The notes under the pieces were generated by a model. That model had not been told where the DNA came from, made no database searches, and was given only the letters and a program-made list of their open reading frames with translations. From NCBI GenBank assembly GCA_038496445.1, contig JALMLS010000015.1, positions 682,001-746,000 on the forward strand: DNA of 64,000 bases, given 5' to 3'. Position numbers and translations under genes: made by a program. Positions 48,140 through 61,954 of the stretch are shown in pieces. Within the stretch, counting starts at the first letter, position 1. Each line of letters opens with the position of its first letter. Source of the stretch: Trichosphaerium sp. ATCC 40318. Lineage: Eukaryota > Protista > Tubulinea.

Positions 48140-50724
48140 ATGGTTTGTACACTGGGTGCCTATTTAACAATATCAGCGTCATTAATATGGATAACAGGTA
48201 AATATAGCAACAGGTGTAGTTAATTTAGTGATTTATTTTTTTTTGGTAGTGTTCGCACGTGGGGCGCTAGAAGATGAATTTTTTGACTCCAATTGGGTGA
48301 TGGAAACTAAACACATAATGAGAGAAAATGGAACGACGGAAATAGGATCAATACGAACAGCAGACGCTACTTATGTCATCTTTGTGTCACGTGCTAGTAA
48401 GCGACACTAATTCAATTTGATTTTTTTCTTTTTCTGAGTGTTTCGATACTCTACAATTCTAGATATCGCATATACGCTTCAAATCGTCCAAATTCTCTAA
48501 ATTTGTTTCCTCCAACAAAATTTGAACGATATTGCTGTACCTGAGATATCTAGAATTCTAGATTATCTAGATATTTGAAAATAAGGTGCCTTTCATATGG
48601 CATAATATACCGCGCTGTACCATATGAACGTGGTTTTGAAACGTGACTTTAATTATCTTGAATTATCTAGTTTATCGGAGATATTTAACCATCTCCGTAG
48701 CAAATAATCTAACGTTGGATGTCGGAGTCAGTATAGCAGTAACCACCATACAAGGTAATGGTTCAATCATCACTTTTAATTGGTACTAACGTTTTGAAAA
48801 GATTGGCGTGCTGGAAGTCGAACTTTTGAACCATTATTTGTAGCGAATGCTTCACATGTGAAAGTCCCAACTTTATCAAATTTAGTACACCAACCTGAAT
48901 TCGTTTCGGTGTACAAAAGTATAGACGGAAGTTTGCGAGTATTGTTTTTACGTTTGGACATAAGTACAAAGGTAGGCGAGAAGACTACGGAAACCAACCT
49001 TACCTTTTTTTTGTGAAAAAGACAATTGAAGTTACCAACGACACTCTATTTCAAGAAGAAATGGCTAACTCGTTAGACGCTTCAAGAAACTCAATTGTAG
49101 AATGTGCGACATACACATTCATTGTTAGCGCTAACTCCTCTTTTTAGATAAAGTGAACAAATACTTGCTTCATTGTATTGTACAGTTAGGACCTTCTTAC
49201 ACTTACATTCTTGAAAATGGATTGGACCCTGTATTAATTGGATGTGCGATTCATTGTTGTTACTTTAATATATCACTGACACATTTTTTAAAGTTGATAA
49301 TACAAGTATTGTTGATAGTTCACTTGTATTCGTTAATCAAAGCTGTTTTGTGGTTGCATCAGTTCGCCAAGGAACTCTGAAATTCACATACTGGAATAAC
49401 TCCCTTCCTGTACAGTTTATAATATTGGCGCCACTTATTCATACATATTTTAGGCAGTTGAACAAGATTCAATACGGCTCTCACAGGTAGCACAGAGAGT
49501 ATATTTGAGATACAACTTGGATCAAAATGTTCTTCATTTGCGAGTGGATGATTTGAAGTACACTTACTCAGTCATAATCACATCTACATGTGGATCAGCA
49601 ACGTTTGTGCAGTCAGATATTTTCGACAGGGTTCCTGAATTATCTGCCATAAGCGTTGGATCTTCTACAATCTCTCCATTTGTCTTTCTGTATTTCTACC
49701 CAAATATGACACAAAATATTAAGTACTCATCAAATGTTACCTTGGTATGTCAGTCTTACCCTATCAGATCCCACTAATGATCTTCAAGGAATCAGTCATT
49801 GAGAAACAGTTATCGATGAACTTGCCTAAATATGCTATTAGTGGTATTATTGACAAACATAGTTGTGTTCTGTTTGTACGTTTTCAATGAGGGCAAAGCA
49901 TTTGTAACAATTGATAAATAGATATTGGCGTCAGCAGAGAATATGCAATACAATGCCTTCATTAAACCTCAGGATCGTCTATTCGATTGTATACGTGAGT
50001 ATCTATTCCATAACTTAGCTACCCTTATTCATGTTCTAGCAATTACTCCAGCACCTACGAGCTCAAGAATTGTAAACAACACCTTAGAGTGTATGAATAG
50101 CACTTGCCTACAGTGCCTTTTGGCAGAGTGTACATACAATGGAAGTATCTATATACCTAACACTGTTGCTGTACGTATAACTGAGCCTACAGTGATTGAA
50201 GGTGATTTCACAAACAATGGCGATGTGATTCTAGTGGTTGACGATGAAACTACACTTTCTGTGAAAGGTAATGATATCATCTACAACGTAGAGTTAGTGT
50301 ATTAATTATAACTTTAGGATGCTTGGTGATATTGTCTAATAGTTCATTTATTGTTGACATATCCGGTGTTGACACATCATCTGAGCAAGTAATCAATGTT
50401 ATTTCATCACCTTGTATAAATGGCGATGTTCAAGTAGTAGCCAGCGATTGTGTTGGTTATGAACAGCAACGCTCTACCGCAGGTCTTGATTTAATTGTCA
50501 CAAATGAATGTTCTGGTGATACTACCATACCAATAGTACTTGGTGTAACTGGTGGTTTCTTGTTTGTAAGATCCACTTTGTTTCTTTGCATTTACTTCAT
50601 TTTCAACTAGATTTTTGTAGCATTCATGATATCTGTATTTGTCATCAAACCTCTCAGAACAGCTATAGTACCCTGGTCATTAAGAACCATAGCAAGAGAA
50701 CCGAAAATAACACCAATGAACTAA
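48140..50724 (+). CDS. Surface-protein family member G13, module A (TM); tandem paralogue of G11
   Basis: Same exon structure as G11. Tail is KPLRTAIVPWSLRTIAREPKITPMN*. Confidence 0.8.
48444..48567. mobile_element. Internally deleted copy of the foldback element in intron 2 of G13
   Basis: Right arm gatatctagaattctagattatc is the exact reverse complement of the G11 left arm gataatctagaattctagatatc. Confidence 0.55.
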
Positions 50725-50918
50725 ATATTGTTATTACATTCCAACGCGAAAGAAAAAACTTCCTATATTTTACCCTAAGATTTGAATATGTTTATTTCAC
50801 CTCAAAGTATGTACTATAAGAGCGTACCTTAAAGTGCCATCCTTAAAATAGCGTCAACACGTGATAAATTACCCGAAACAACACGAAACAACACGACCCT
50901 CCAAAGAACGATAAAATA

Positions 50919-53682
50919 ATGGTAAACACAGTGGCGCTGCTGTTGATAGTCTCAATATTGTTATTCCCATGTATGTTATTACGTTAAACTAGAAATTAAC
51001 ATTGTATTACAGTGGCGTATGCGCAAACGCCGTTAGATGAGTTTTTCGATTCTAGTGAAATACTTGAAACACCGGACGTTAGCGTTACTTCAGCACCAGT
51101 TATGGGCGCTTTGGAAACATACAATACAACGTATTATATTTTCGCTGCTGAAGGATTCACTGGTGAGTGATTAGCAGCTTTTGTTTCTGAATAAGCGTTA
51201 TTAAACTAGCTATATTAGACGGGCCAATAGACGGCACAGTACTCCGAGTGACAACGTTAGATGGTAATCTTTTTTTAGTAATCTATATTTCACTGACTCG
51301 AAGTAGATTGGCTTGCTGGAAATCTAACGTTTGAGCCTTTGTTCATTCCAGGCATTAAATCCCCTGAGCTCACTCTTTCAATGGATATGAGCGATTCTCT
51401 TACGTTTGCTATGTTACACACAGACGGACTAGAATTTAGAGTTACATTCTTCAGCCTCAATCTAGCAGCGAAGGTGCAATATCAACCTTTTTTCTGATCC
51501 GTACTAACGTGCTTCTTTAGAGCATTTCAGTCAATTCAACAGCATTTCCAAATGTAGACTCTAGTATTGTGAAGTCACATACATTCCTCTCAAGATTTGG
51601 TACGACAAAACTATGATTTAGGCTCTAACTGATTGCTTAGGTCAATACTTTGTTAATTTTCATTTTGTGGAAATTGGCGATTTTGCAGATACCTTTGAGT
51701 TAAGCCAAACAACAGGACCTATACTAAGTACCTCTAAAACAAAAATAATAATAATTGTATACTTAATGATTACAGGTAAGGTAGATGTGGGTAGGATAGG
51801 TTCAGCGTTTACAGTACTTAGTTCTACGTGTTTTTTACATGCATCAATAAATGAGACTGGTAAGGATATCAAGTTCACATTCTCTGAGACGTTTCTACAG
51901 AACGTACGTGTTTGACAACTTTGTTTGATCAAGTGCTAACATTACTTCAAGAATGCTACACAATATGTATTGAATCAAACTGAGGAAATAAGAAAGATAG
52001 TATTCCTTGACTACAATCCAGCCACGTCATCTTTGGTTATTCAAATTGATACTTTGGGTTCTACAATTACAGCACTGTTTGATGTGTCCCCTGTAACATG
52101 TGAAATGGCATTTTTTATTTCAGAGTATCAAGAATCTCGTGATACAGCACCATCAACAGCAGTAAACACGTTTGATATATCACCAGTATCTCCATTCGTG
52201 TACTTGCGCTATGACAGTGACAACGATACAATGATATTTTCTTCTACTGCGCAACTGGTACAGCTATAACAGTAACACAAAACTAAATTGCATAGGATAA
52301 TCCACTAGAAAAGAACGTACAAAGTGTTGAGACTATTTACCCGTCAGTGTTAGAAGGTATCCTTGACAGAAACCTATGTTATCTTGTCGTACGCTTTCCT
52401 TAAAAGTGATTTGTCTAACACTAAAAACAAAGGTATTACTGGCAGACCAAGAAGAATTCATTGCGTTTATTGAACCCCGTGTAGACTTATTCACTTGTAC
52501 TCGTACGTAGGTTCCTTCCTTATTTGGAATATTTACATTTGCCAAGCGAATACTCCGCAGCCTACAAGCCTACCTCCTTTTACCTCTCAACCTGTTTCTC
52601 CAACTGCTGTACCATCACCTCCTCTACCACTCATCCCTCCTATCACGCCACCGCCAACTACAGAGCCTCCAACAACGAATGCACCTGTTGTACCTCGAGC
52701 ACCTATTCCAAACCCATTCCCAAATGTACAGCAGTTTTTCCTATTGGTATTGTCACAACTTATTATTCGATAGATTGAGCCTCGACTTGATTGTATCTTG
52801 GAATTAGGCAACACATTCACTTTAATTCTTGGATGGAACACCATGGTAACAATATTTGGTAACTAAGCTATTGACACTTTTGAAGGAAACTCAAACAATT
52901 ATGGTTGATAGAGGAGAAAATAATATGATGACTGCTGGTGGTGTATCAATAACAACTCAGCCAACTTCGTTTAATGGAAGCGCTCCTTTTTATCCTGCAT
53001 CAGGACAGTTCAGATTCAACTTCTCAGGTGGATCAGGGATGTGGATTCTCGGAAGAGGAGTGATCAACTTTGACAGCTCTGATCCAGATACAAGGTGTAT
53101 TACTGATGGTACGATTTTCGCAGCATCCTTAACCTCAATACTACTTTTTAGAGGCATCAGTTGCTTTGACAATCAACGAAGCATTTCCTTTGGATGACAA
53201 TACTCTCACTGGTATTCAAAATGAAGTTTCCAAAGGAATGGGTATTGATCCAAACATTACAGAAGTAACTCAACAACCAGTTACAAACAAACGTCAGGCA
53301 AGCACGACCGTTACTGTCACTGTTGCGTGTACGTTTAATTCGCTATCACGCTTTATATTCTCACATATATATTTTTAGCAACAAGTACCGTTCAACCTAC
53401 AACTGTGGTTGCGAACTTCATAAACAACGCTACTTTGGTATCACAGACTACAACTAACATAGAGACATCAGTCAATGTTATGGTTGAGGTAGGATAAGAA
53501 CAACAAATTCGTTAACTTACGCTTTTTGTCTATAGGATGTCTCTACTCCTGAACCTTCAACGGTTGTACAAGGCACAGACCGACCTTTACCACCTGTAGC
53601 AACACCAACGCCAAGCAGCTTTGTTGTATTGCAACCTGCATTTGTAACTATAATTATGTTTCTCATACTAGCCGTTTTGTGA
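50919..53682 (+). CDS. Surface-protein family member G14, module B (GPI-type)
   Basis: Start MVNTVALLLIVSILLFP. Head QTPLDEFFDSSEILETP..., module B as in G4. Ends PSSFVVLQPAFVTIIMFLILAVL*. Confidence 0.82.
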
Positions 53683-53874
53683 ATTAAATAAACCTGCACG
53701 TGTAGAAATAACACAATTTTATTTACCTTCAAAGATTTTTCTCAGTTCATTCTGGTAGTTCCGAATCACCACATTGTCACAAAGAGGCGAGGTGTAAAGA
53801 TTTCAAGAAAGCATGCCTTAACCACGTGATCTGCACAAAATTCCTTTTTTCTCCATAAAAAAACGAAGAGCACA

Positions 53875-56693
53875 ATGGCGAAGAGTGCCACCATTGTCCT
53901 TACCTTCTCTATGTTGCTTATACCTGGTACTTTGTTTTTATGTTCGGCTAATTAACTAACGCTTGTACAGCTCTTTACGCGCAAATCTTGCCCTTTAATG
54001 AGTTTTTTAATTCAAGTGGATTAGTAACTGGACCAAACGTAGCTCAGCTTGCATTATTAGAGATGGGCGCTTTAGAAACTCAAAACACAACATATTTCAT
54101 CTTTGCTGCCAATGCGAGTTAGTAATTTTTCGTTCTCTTTTACAAAAAAGGTTTGATAATTCATAATACCTAGACGAAAATGGCACAAACGGTATAGCTG
54201 TACAAGTGACGACAATCAACGGTAATCAGCAACATGTAACAGTAATTCAGATCTAACATCCATTAGATTGGAGTGCTGGAAACCTAACATTCAAGCCTTT
54301 GTTCATTCCACAAACGAGAGATCCGAAACTGACCACTTCAATTTCTATTAACGGTTCTACAACATTTGCTATGATACACAAACCTATGTCCGCATTTAGT
54401 GTATCGTTCCTTCAACTTAATCTATCAACAAAGGTGCTGACCACAACTATTTTCGACATTTCTCATATTTTTTCTAATCACGTTCAAGGTTGTATCGGTT
54501 TCGCAAACCTATTCGTTTGGTGGTCTAATAGACTCTCAAGGCGTAAGCAAACATACATTTACATCATACAAGGGTACAATATTTAAAGAATAAACCAACC
54601 TGATAATAGGTAGGTAAATATTACGTTAATTTTTTTTTCAATGAACGAGAAGGTCTTGCTGAAACATACGAGCTTCAAGAACAATCTACCCCCAAACTCG
54701 ATGCCAGTAATGCGGTCCCAATTTATTTATCCGCTGATAAGTTTAGGTGTAAATCTGTTTACATTCGATGCTTGGTTCACAGTTATTGGACCAAACTGTT
54801 TTTTGCATGCCTGGTTTGACAACTTGAATACGATTTCCTTCACATTCGTTGATACATCTTTGAATACTGTACGCTTGTCAACGTTATTAAATGTGACTAA
54901 TTTCCAAAAATACAAGACCACCAAACAAAAAGTGTTCAATGAAACAGCACCTGAGGAAATAACAGATATTGAGTATCTTGAATACAACTCATTCACTAAC
55001 TCTTTGGTAATCCAGCTACATTTGCAAAATGCAACTATTTTTAAAGCACTATTTGAAATGGACAAACAACAACACTGTAAACATGCGAAATTCTTAGAGA
55101 GTCATCACGTGATATTCGACAATGGAGTAGCAACAGCAGTAAACACTCATGATATATCATTTATTTCTCCATTTGTTTATATGCACTATGATCCATTTCC
55201 TAACACTACTGTGGCGTTTTCTTCAACTCCGCAATTGGTACAACAATAACATGGTAAACAGAATTTTGACCTTGTTGCATTAGGACAACCTAATAACGAA
55301 GAATTTGCCAATAGACTCTTTTTTTGTTCGAAAAGTACAAGGCATTCTTGATAGACACCACTGCATTCTTGTTGTACGTTTAGATTTTCTAATCTTTAAA
55401 GATTTTAACAATATTATTGAAGGCCCTGATTGGAAATCATGCAGCCCAGTTCAGTGCCCTTATTGAGCCTCATGATGACTTGTTTAATTGCATTTGTAAG
55501 TACCAAGATTATTCTCGTATAGGCGCTTAAGTTGCTTAGCAAATACTCCTCCTCCAATCTCTCTGATGCCAATCTCTGTAACTCCTACTTTGTTACCTAC
55601 CACTACTCCAACGCCTGTATCGCCAACTGTTGCGTTTACAACCCCACCACCAACTACAGAGGCTCCAACGTCCAATCCACCTGTCGCTCCATCAGCAAAT
55701 CCATTTCCAAATGTACATTTACTGCCTTTGTAACTTTGTTGTAATTGTTATTTGTTAGATTGTACCTAGACTTGATTGTATCTTGGAATCAGGCAATGAG
55801 TTCATTGTAATTCTTGGATGGAGCACCATGGTAACCGTACTCTTCACTATTTGTTGGAAATTACTGACATGTGAAAGCGTACATTGAGCGTAAACGTTGG
55901 CGAAAATAATATGGTTAGTGCTGGTGATGTATCAATAACAAATCAGCCAACTTCATTTTCTGGAGACGCACCGTTTTACCCTGCGTTGGGACAGTTCAGG
56001 CTCACTTTCTCAGGTGGCTCTGGCATGTGGATTCTCGGAAGAGGAGTCATCAACTTTGATAGCTCTGATCCAGATACAAGGTGTATTACTGATGGTACCA
56101 TTTTCCCTAACTGCACAATCTTAACCTCACTTTACTTGTTAGAGGCTTCAATTGCTTTGAGAATCAACAAAGCGTTCCCTTTGGATGACAACACTCTCAC
56201 TGGCATTCAAAACGAAGTTTCAAAAGGAATGGGTGTTGATCCAAATATCACAGTGGTCGATCAGGAATCATCAAACAAACGTCAGGCAAGCACAACTGTT
56301 ACCATTACAGTCGCTTGTACGTCAATCAGTAAAATCCACTTAAATATTTATGTTTTTAGCAACAAGTACCGTACAGCCTACAACCGTGGTTGCAAACTTC
56401 ATAAACAACGCTACTTTGGTATCACAGACTACAACTAACATAGAGACATCAGTTAATGTTATGGTTGAGGTAGGACAAGAACAAATAATCATGATACCTA
56501 TGAACTAATTTTGTTTTCCTTTTAGGATATATCAACTCCTGCGCCTTCAACGCTTGTACAAAGCACAGACAGGCCTTTAACGCCTGCGGAATCACCGGTT
56601 GTATCAGAGCCAAGTAGTTATGTTGTTTCACATCCTTCGTCTCTACTTACGTTTGTGCTAATGCTGATACTTTGTATGCCTTTCCAGCTTTGA
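53875..56693 (+). CDS. Surface-protein family member G15, module B (GPI-type)
   Basis: Start MAKSATIVLTFSMLLIP. Head QILPFNEFFNSSGLVTGP..., SSNKRQAS. Ends PSSYVVSHPSSLLTFVLMLILCMPFQL*. Confidence 0.82.
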
Positions 56694-56860
56694 TAATAAA
56701 CACATACTTATCAGAATTGACATGTACTGCTGAATACACTTTAGGTGTAATGCTCAGGGTAAAAGGTGTTTACAAGAAGATTCATAATGGTATTTAAAAC
56801 ATGTTTTATCACGTGGTATTGTTACAAATAATACTTTGAGTTTTTTCTGAATAAAAAAAT

Positions 56861-59800
56861 TTACAGTACAGCGTCTTTTGAGTTTGTTTCTTTAAGCGTT
56901 GACGCTATGTAATGTATTAAAACAAATATTGTTAAGCAAGTAAACATACCATTGCTTGTGTTAGTACCAGTATGGACAGAAGACATTTTAGTACTTTGTT
57001 TAAAGCTCGCTTCTATCATGTACTTATGTCCAAAAAGAGCAATTACAGTCAAAGCTACGCGTATGTTAGAATGTTTGGCAACTCGGCACGTGGTAAATTA
57101 CATACCTGTTCCAGCCATTACAAGAAGAGAAACAATTAAGAAAGATGTAAACCTCTTGAGATTCGCAAAAGATAACCCAAATGCTATCAAAGCGAAAAAG
57201 AAGATATTGTATATTGAGAAAAATAGTACTTTTGACTCATTGTAGCGTTTAATTGGAATCATTCTAACTCGGAATGCAAGAACGCACCCAAAAAGAAGCA
57301 GTAGGGCCTGTGGTACAGTTAAAATCGGAGTAAAGTTTAAAAACGGGTAAGGAGAATTACAAAATGATGTTTGAAAACTCGGATTTGTGAACGTACGTTT
57401 GTACCAATAATGATGTACAGGAAAATGTAGTATACAAGATCGTGATCACATTGGTAGTAGTTAAGACCGTGTCTAATCTCATCAACAACCACATACTCTG
57501 TTGTGTACTTGCCAAGAATAGTCTACAACAATAAGTCTAAAAACAAAAAAAGAATTATTACCAAAAGAGTGAGTAACACCATATGAACACCCAAAAGCGC
57601 TGATACCCACATGAGAACTTTAAGGTTTGAAATACTGAATACAGTTGTACTCTCGTTCCTCCACAATCTCTCTATTCTTAGAGTTTTTGCAAGAAACGGA
57701 CTTGACACAAGTTAGAAAAAAAACGCTTACTTTGAGTGTCTTTTTCGCACCCAAACAGTAGAATGAAACCAATATCTACTAACCAAACACGTGCTATACA
57801 CGTGAATTTTGATACAATATTAGGCATAAAAAAGAAGGGGCTGAAGTAAAGTATAATGCTTCCAATGAGAATAAACAAAAGGAACAAAGGAGATGACGCC
57901 TACAGAAGAATCATTAAGTAAAAACTCTTGATTGTGACCTACAGTAAAAAGATTCCGGGTCCGCTTTGTGAATATCATTGTAAACGTTATTAAAGCTAAG
58001 AAAATAGATAGGGCTATGCTCTTTAGAGTGAAAACAATGGCAACAACAGTTACAAATATTTCACTCCAATGACCTTTCTTCATGTTAGTTCATTCATAAA
58101 ATTACTAACTATATGGAGTTCTTAGCGTACCGTACTCTTGCTTGAAAATACGTTCTTTCCAGGTAGGCATAGGATAAACGAAATCATGTGTTTTAAGACG
58201 TTCAGGAGCAATAACTTCTCTTTTTCCGTTTATGTATTGAATAAAAACTCCTTCTCTTTGCTGAACTTGGTCTGCTCCCCATGAATAACGACCTGATATT
58301 GTATCAAGCTTCATAGAGAATACTGCTCTATATAATTCATCTTGGAATAATCTGAACCCAGCTGTTGTAGTATTTTCCATGTCCTTAAAAATTGTTAAAC
58401 AAAAATTTCTTCAACAACTCCGTACATCTTGGGAACACGTGCACTCATCTTCGGTGTCTATAAAAAGACGCCCATTTTCATCAATCTGAATACACTATTA
58501 ATAAAGTGTACTAACAAAAATAATCACGTGCATCAAGTGTATGGTGTTTTGCTACTTGTTGTATACCCTCCCGAACAAGCAACGACATCGTTAGAGCGTA
58601 AACGTGTGCTTCCGAGACAGTGACATTGAATCGATTGTATATATCCTCACCAAACTGTTTCATTGTACCATAAGTGGTTGGCGAGAAGCTAGCACTAGGC
58701 TCGAACTAAAAGACAATATCAGCTCAACTCTAGTAGTTCCTCAAACCCGTAGAAATGTAATTATATTAACCAGAGTTCGCGAAAGAGATGTGAAGTTTGT
58801 TCTACTTCATTATGATAATCAACACAAATAACGTACCACAGCTACACCTGAGCGAAATTCCCTAAGGTCGTAATCAATGTTTTCTGCAGTCAGTGGCATT
58901 TCACTCACAAAAGCTACGGAGAGAAAACTAAGAACAAAAAAAACCCACCATTGTACGAATATTAGAAAATAATACCTTTTGGCGTGTAGTCCATGTCTCG
59001 AAAGTAGCTTGAAAATATATTACCAGTACGAGATACAGGGTGACAAAATATCCATGCGTCTGGATCCTCAGATATTACTTCATCAGCAGTATCCGTAATA
59101 TTTTTTGTATAACTCGGAGGATAGTCTGCAAGTGGCAAATCAGATCTAATACCAAAGTCTATGAACCGGGTTATGAAAGGTACATAGAAACAAAGTAATA
59201 TTGTACTTCTTGTAAGAGGTATAACGTGTGTGCCAACAATCGTAAAAGCGTTATCCGCCAAGTACTCCAAAAAACTATCACTTTGGCATCTGGCAACAGC
59301 TTCTTCCGCGTAAATCAAACTAACTGTACTCGCACCAGCTAGTCGTAAAGAATTTAAAGTAATCCTTTTTGAAAGAATAAATAAGCAAGGCGATGAGTAA
59401 TTTGTGACATCACGTGATAGTACGTAGTACGTAGCATAAAGTCAGAAAAAATTAAATTTACGCACCTGAACATATCTTCACTTGGCGATACTATAGAAAC
59501 ACCACGCCTAGCTTTACCGAAACCAGCACCAATCCAAAAGACTATAGAGCTGTTAATATTTTCGCTAAACAAGCGAAAAACTACGCACATCCTGCTGCAT
59601 CAATTTGTTCAAGTATTTCACCAACGGCTGTAGAGCTTGGTGTACCAAAAGGACCATAGAACACTGAAACACTCGAATCATTTATGTACTTTTGATATAA
59701 CGACTTTGTAATAGTTATGTTTCCCCCATCATCCTCTATTACAAACTTGAAGCGAATATTTAAAGTGTCATTATTTTTATCGCGAACCTAACACAAAAAA

Positions 59801-60134
59801 AATGTTAGTTGACGCTTTTTTTTTAATAGAACTTGTGACTTACAACGGCAGGGTTGGTCTCCATCCATTCTTCAACAAATTGTAGTCCATCTCTTTAATG
59901 GAAAGAGTTAATTTTCTTTGTAAGGGCAGGTGTTAGTACCTTGCTGGCTCCGCTATGCCTCCTGCAAAGATAACACTTGATAGTGGTAATGACAATCCTA
60001 AAATTGATTATTGGTTATTCTTGAGGTATAAAATCATCGCTATTACGTATTTTGATATCCCTGTCGTACTCTTTACATGATGCTAAATAAAAACAGGCGA
60101 TACAAGCTAAGAAAATAAGGTTAGAGGCAGCCAT
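56861..60134 (-). CDS. Family C (GABA-B/Grl-like) GPCR with periplasmic-binding-protein-type ectodomain
   Basis: Signal MAASNLIFLACIACFY. Ectodomain has IEDDGGN, VFYGPFGTPSS, LDTISGRYSW, VIAPE..KTHDFVYPMPTW. 7TM region has CIARVWLVDIGFILLFG, LAKTLRI, AFRVRMIPIKRYNESK. Confidence 0.88.
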
Positions 60135-60718
60135 TGCCACTTTTGCAGTTTTTTTGGTTTTTTCGTGAAGCACGTGATTTACCTGCTTTTACTGCATAGG
60201 AACGCCTGTCAATTCGGCGTAGTAGATGCCTCACTGATACCTAAAAGCTTATTTCCGTACTATAATGGAAAAACACAAAAAAAAGCATGGCGGTACTGCA
60301 TAGCACTTTGGCGAACCTTCACTTTGCATTACAGGACGATGTTTCACATCAGCAACGAACCAGGATGAATAAACTTACATTGGGAGTTAACAACAATCTG
60401 AAATTTACAATAACGTCTCACATAGCGACCAGGTCTTCATTATTGAGGTTTCGTTGTTACAAGGCGTAGTGAGAAGTTTTGAATCAGAATTGATGAAAAA
60501 AATTCCTTCACTGGAAAATAAACTTTCCTGTTTTTGATTCTGCCTGGGTATAGCTGGCGAAAAATCGATAACAGTGTCAGGTTGTGTCTTTTGTAATTTT
60601 TTTATTTGAGCACTGTGGTAAAAGGCTGAGCGATCCCAATTTGTGATTGAGGGGAGCAGTAACAATATAAAATTTAGCCGCCAATTACCACGTGTGCATC
60701 TGCTAGCTAACGTTGTAA

Positions 60719-61748
60719 CTATGATTCAGCTAGGTCGTTAATAGCCTGAATCCATGCAATTGTTTGAGTGCACCCAGAGAACTGTACACTAGAGGCAAAC
60801 CTTAGATAAAGTATGGAATCAGAAAAACAAGGTTTTCGAACCTTTTCCCACTTTCTCTCATTGTAAGCACATAATAAGGTACTCCATTAACGCCATAAGT
60901 GTTCCTAGACTCAATTTCTTGTTCTAGAATTTCTTTCTTATTTCTATCACTCTCAATGTACTCTTTGACGCCCTTGTACAACACATGAGACAAAGTTTAT
61001 GGATTCAAAAGAAATAACTATCCGTACAACAAGTCCTGCGTTTGTACCAATCTGATCAAGTACATTTGCATCACTAATGATAGCAGCATCTTCAAAATAT
61101 GCTTTGAAAAGAGTATCCATCAACTAAAGTAACAACACAATGTCACAGGATAATATCAAAAAAAAAAAAGAAAAAAAAAAGAAAATTTCGTTGAAGTCTT
61201 CTAAAAAGCAGCCAAATAAACAAACAAGCTAATACATACATTGTTAAGTTTACCTTGTTCCTTAGCTAATCGTATTAAACGATGAGAGTCAAGAGTTGGA
61301 ACAACAAACCTTTTATTGTTTATCGCAATGCCAACCTTTTTACCTTTTGTCCAAAAAAAGTTAAAATCGAAGAAAAAAACTGTACTGCTTACCAGCTGTT
61401 GGTACAGGTCCATCGACGCGTGATTTGTATCCGTGAGTGGCTAGAAACATCAGTTAAAGAAGAAACGCAAGAATTTATAAAAAATTGTGTTTTTACATTT
61501 GCACGTTGCGTACCAAGTAAGTAATCATCCAGAGGTACTCCTTGCTTTGGTACTCTACCGCGTGGTACTAAAAAGAATGGTCTCCAATCAACTTGAGCGG
61601 TTTAGAGTTAAACGGTTTTAAGTAACGTACCAGTAAAGTCATACTTGTTTTCCAGACGTTTCAGAGCGTTATCTAGATGTTTTTTGCCAATATAACACCA
61701 CGGACAAACATTATCAGATATACACACTACATCGACTTTCTTGCTCAT
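60719..61748 (-). CDS. DsbA-family (FrnE-like) thiol-disulfide oxidoreductase, multi-exon
   Basis: MSKKVDVVCISDNVCPWCYIGKKHLDNA, DWRPFFL, PTLDSHRLI, LFKAYFEDA, YGVNGVPYY, FSGC. Confidence 0.92.
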
Positions 61749-61840
61749 GTTGAAAGTTAATTAGGTCTGTTACAGGCTTGGAAGTGTAGAAAAACTTAAC
61801 GAACAGGATGTTTTAAGTCAACACCAAGAACTACATAATT

Positions 61841-61954
61841 TATACGCCACACAGGTATTGTAATCCATCAAAGTTGGATATATCAACTCCACATTGCTTA
61901 TACGCCATACAGGTATTGTAATCCATCAAAGTTGGATATATCAACTCCACATTG
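61841..61954. repeat. ~57-bp tandem duplication of the 3' end of the MORN gene
   Basis: tatacgcca(c/t)acaggtattgtaatccatcaaagttggatatatcaactccacattg occurs twice. Confidence 0.85.
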
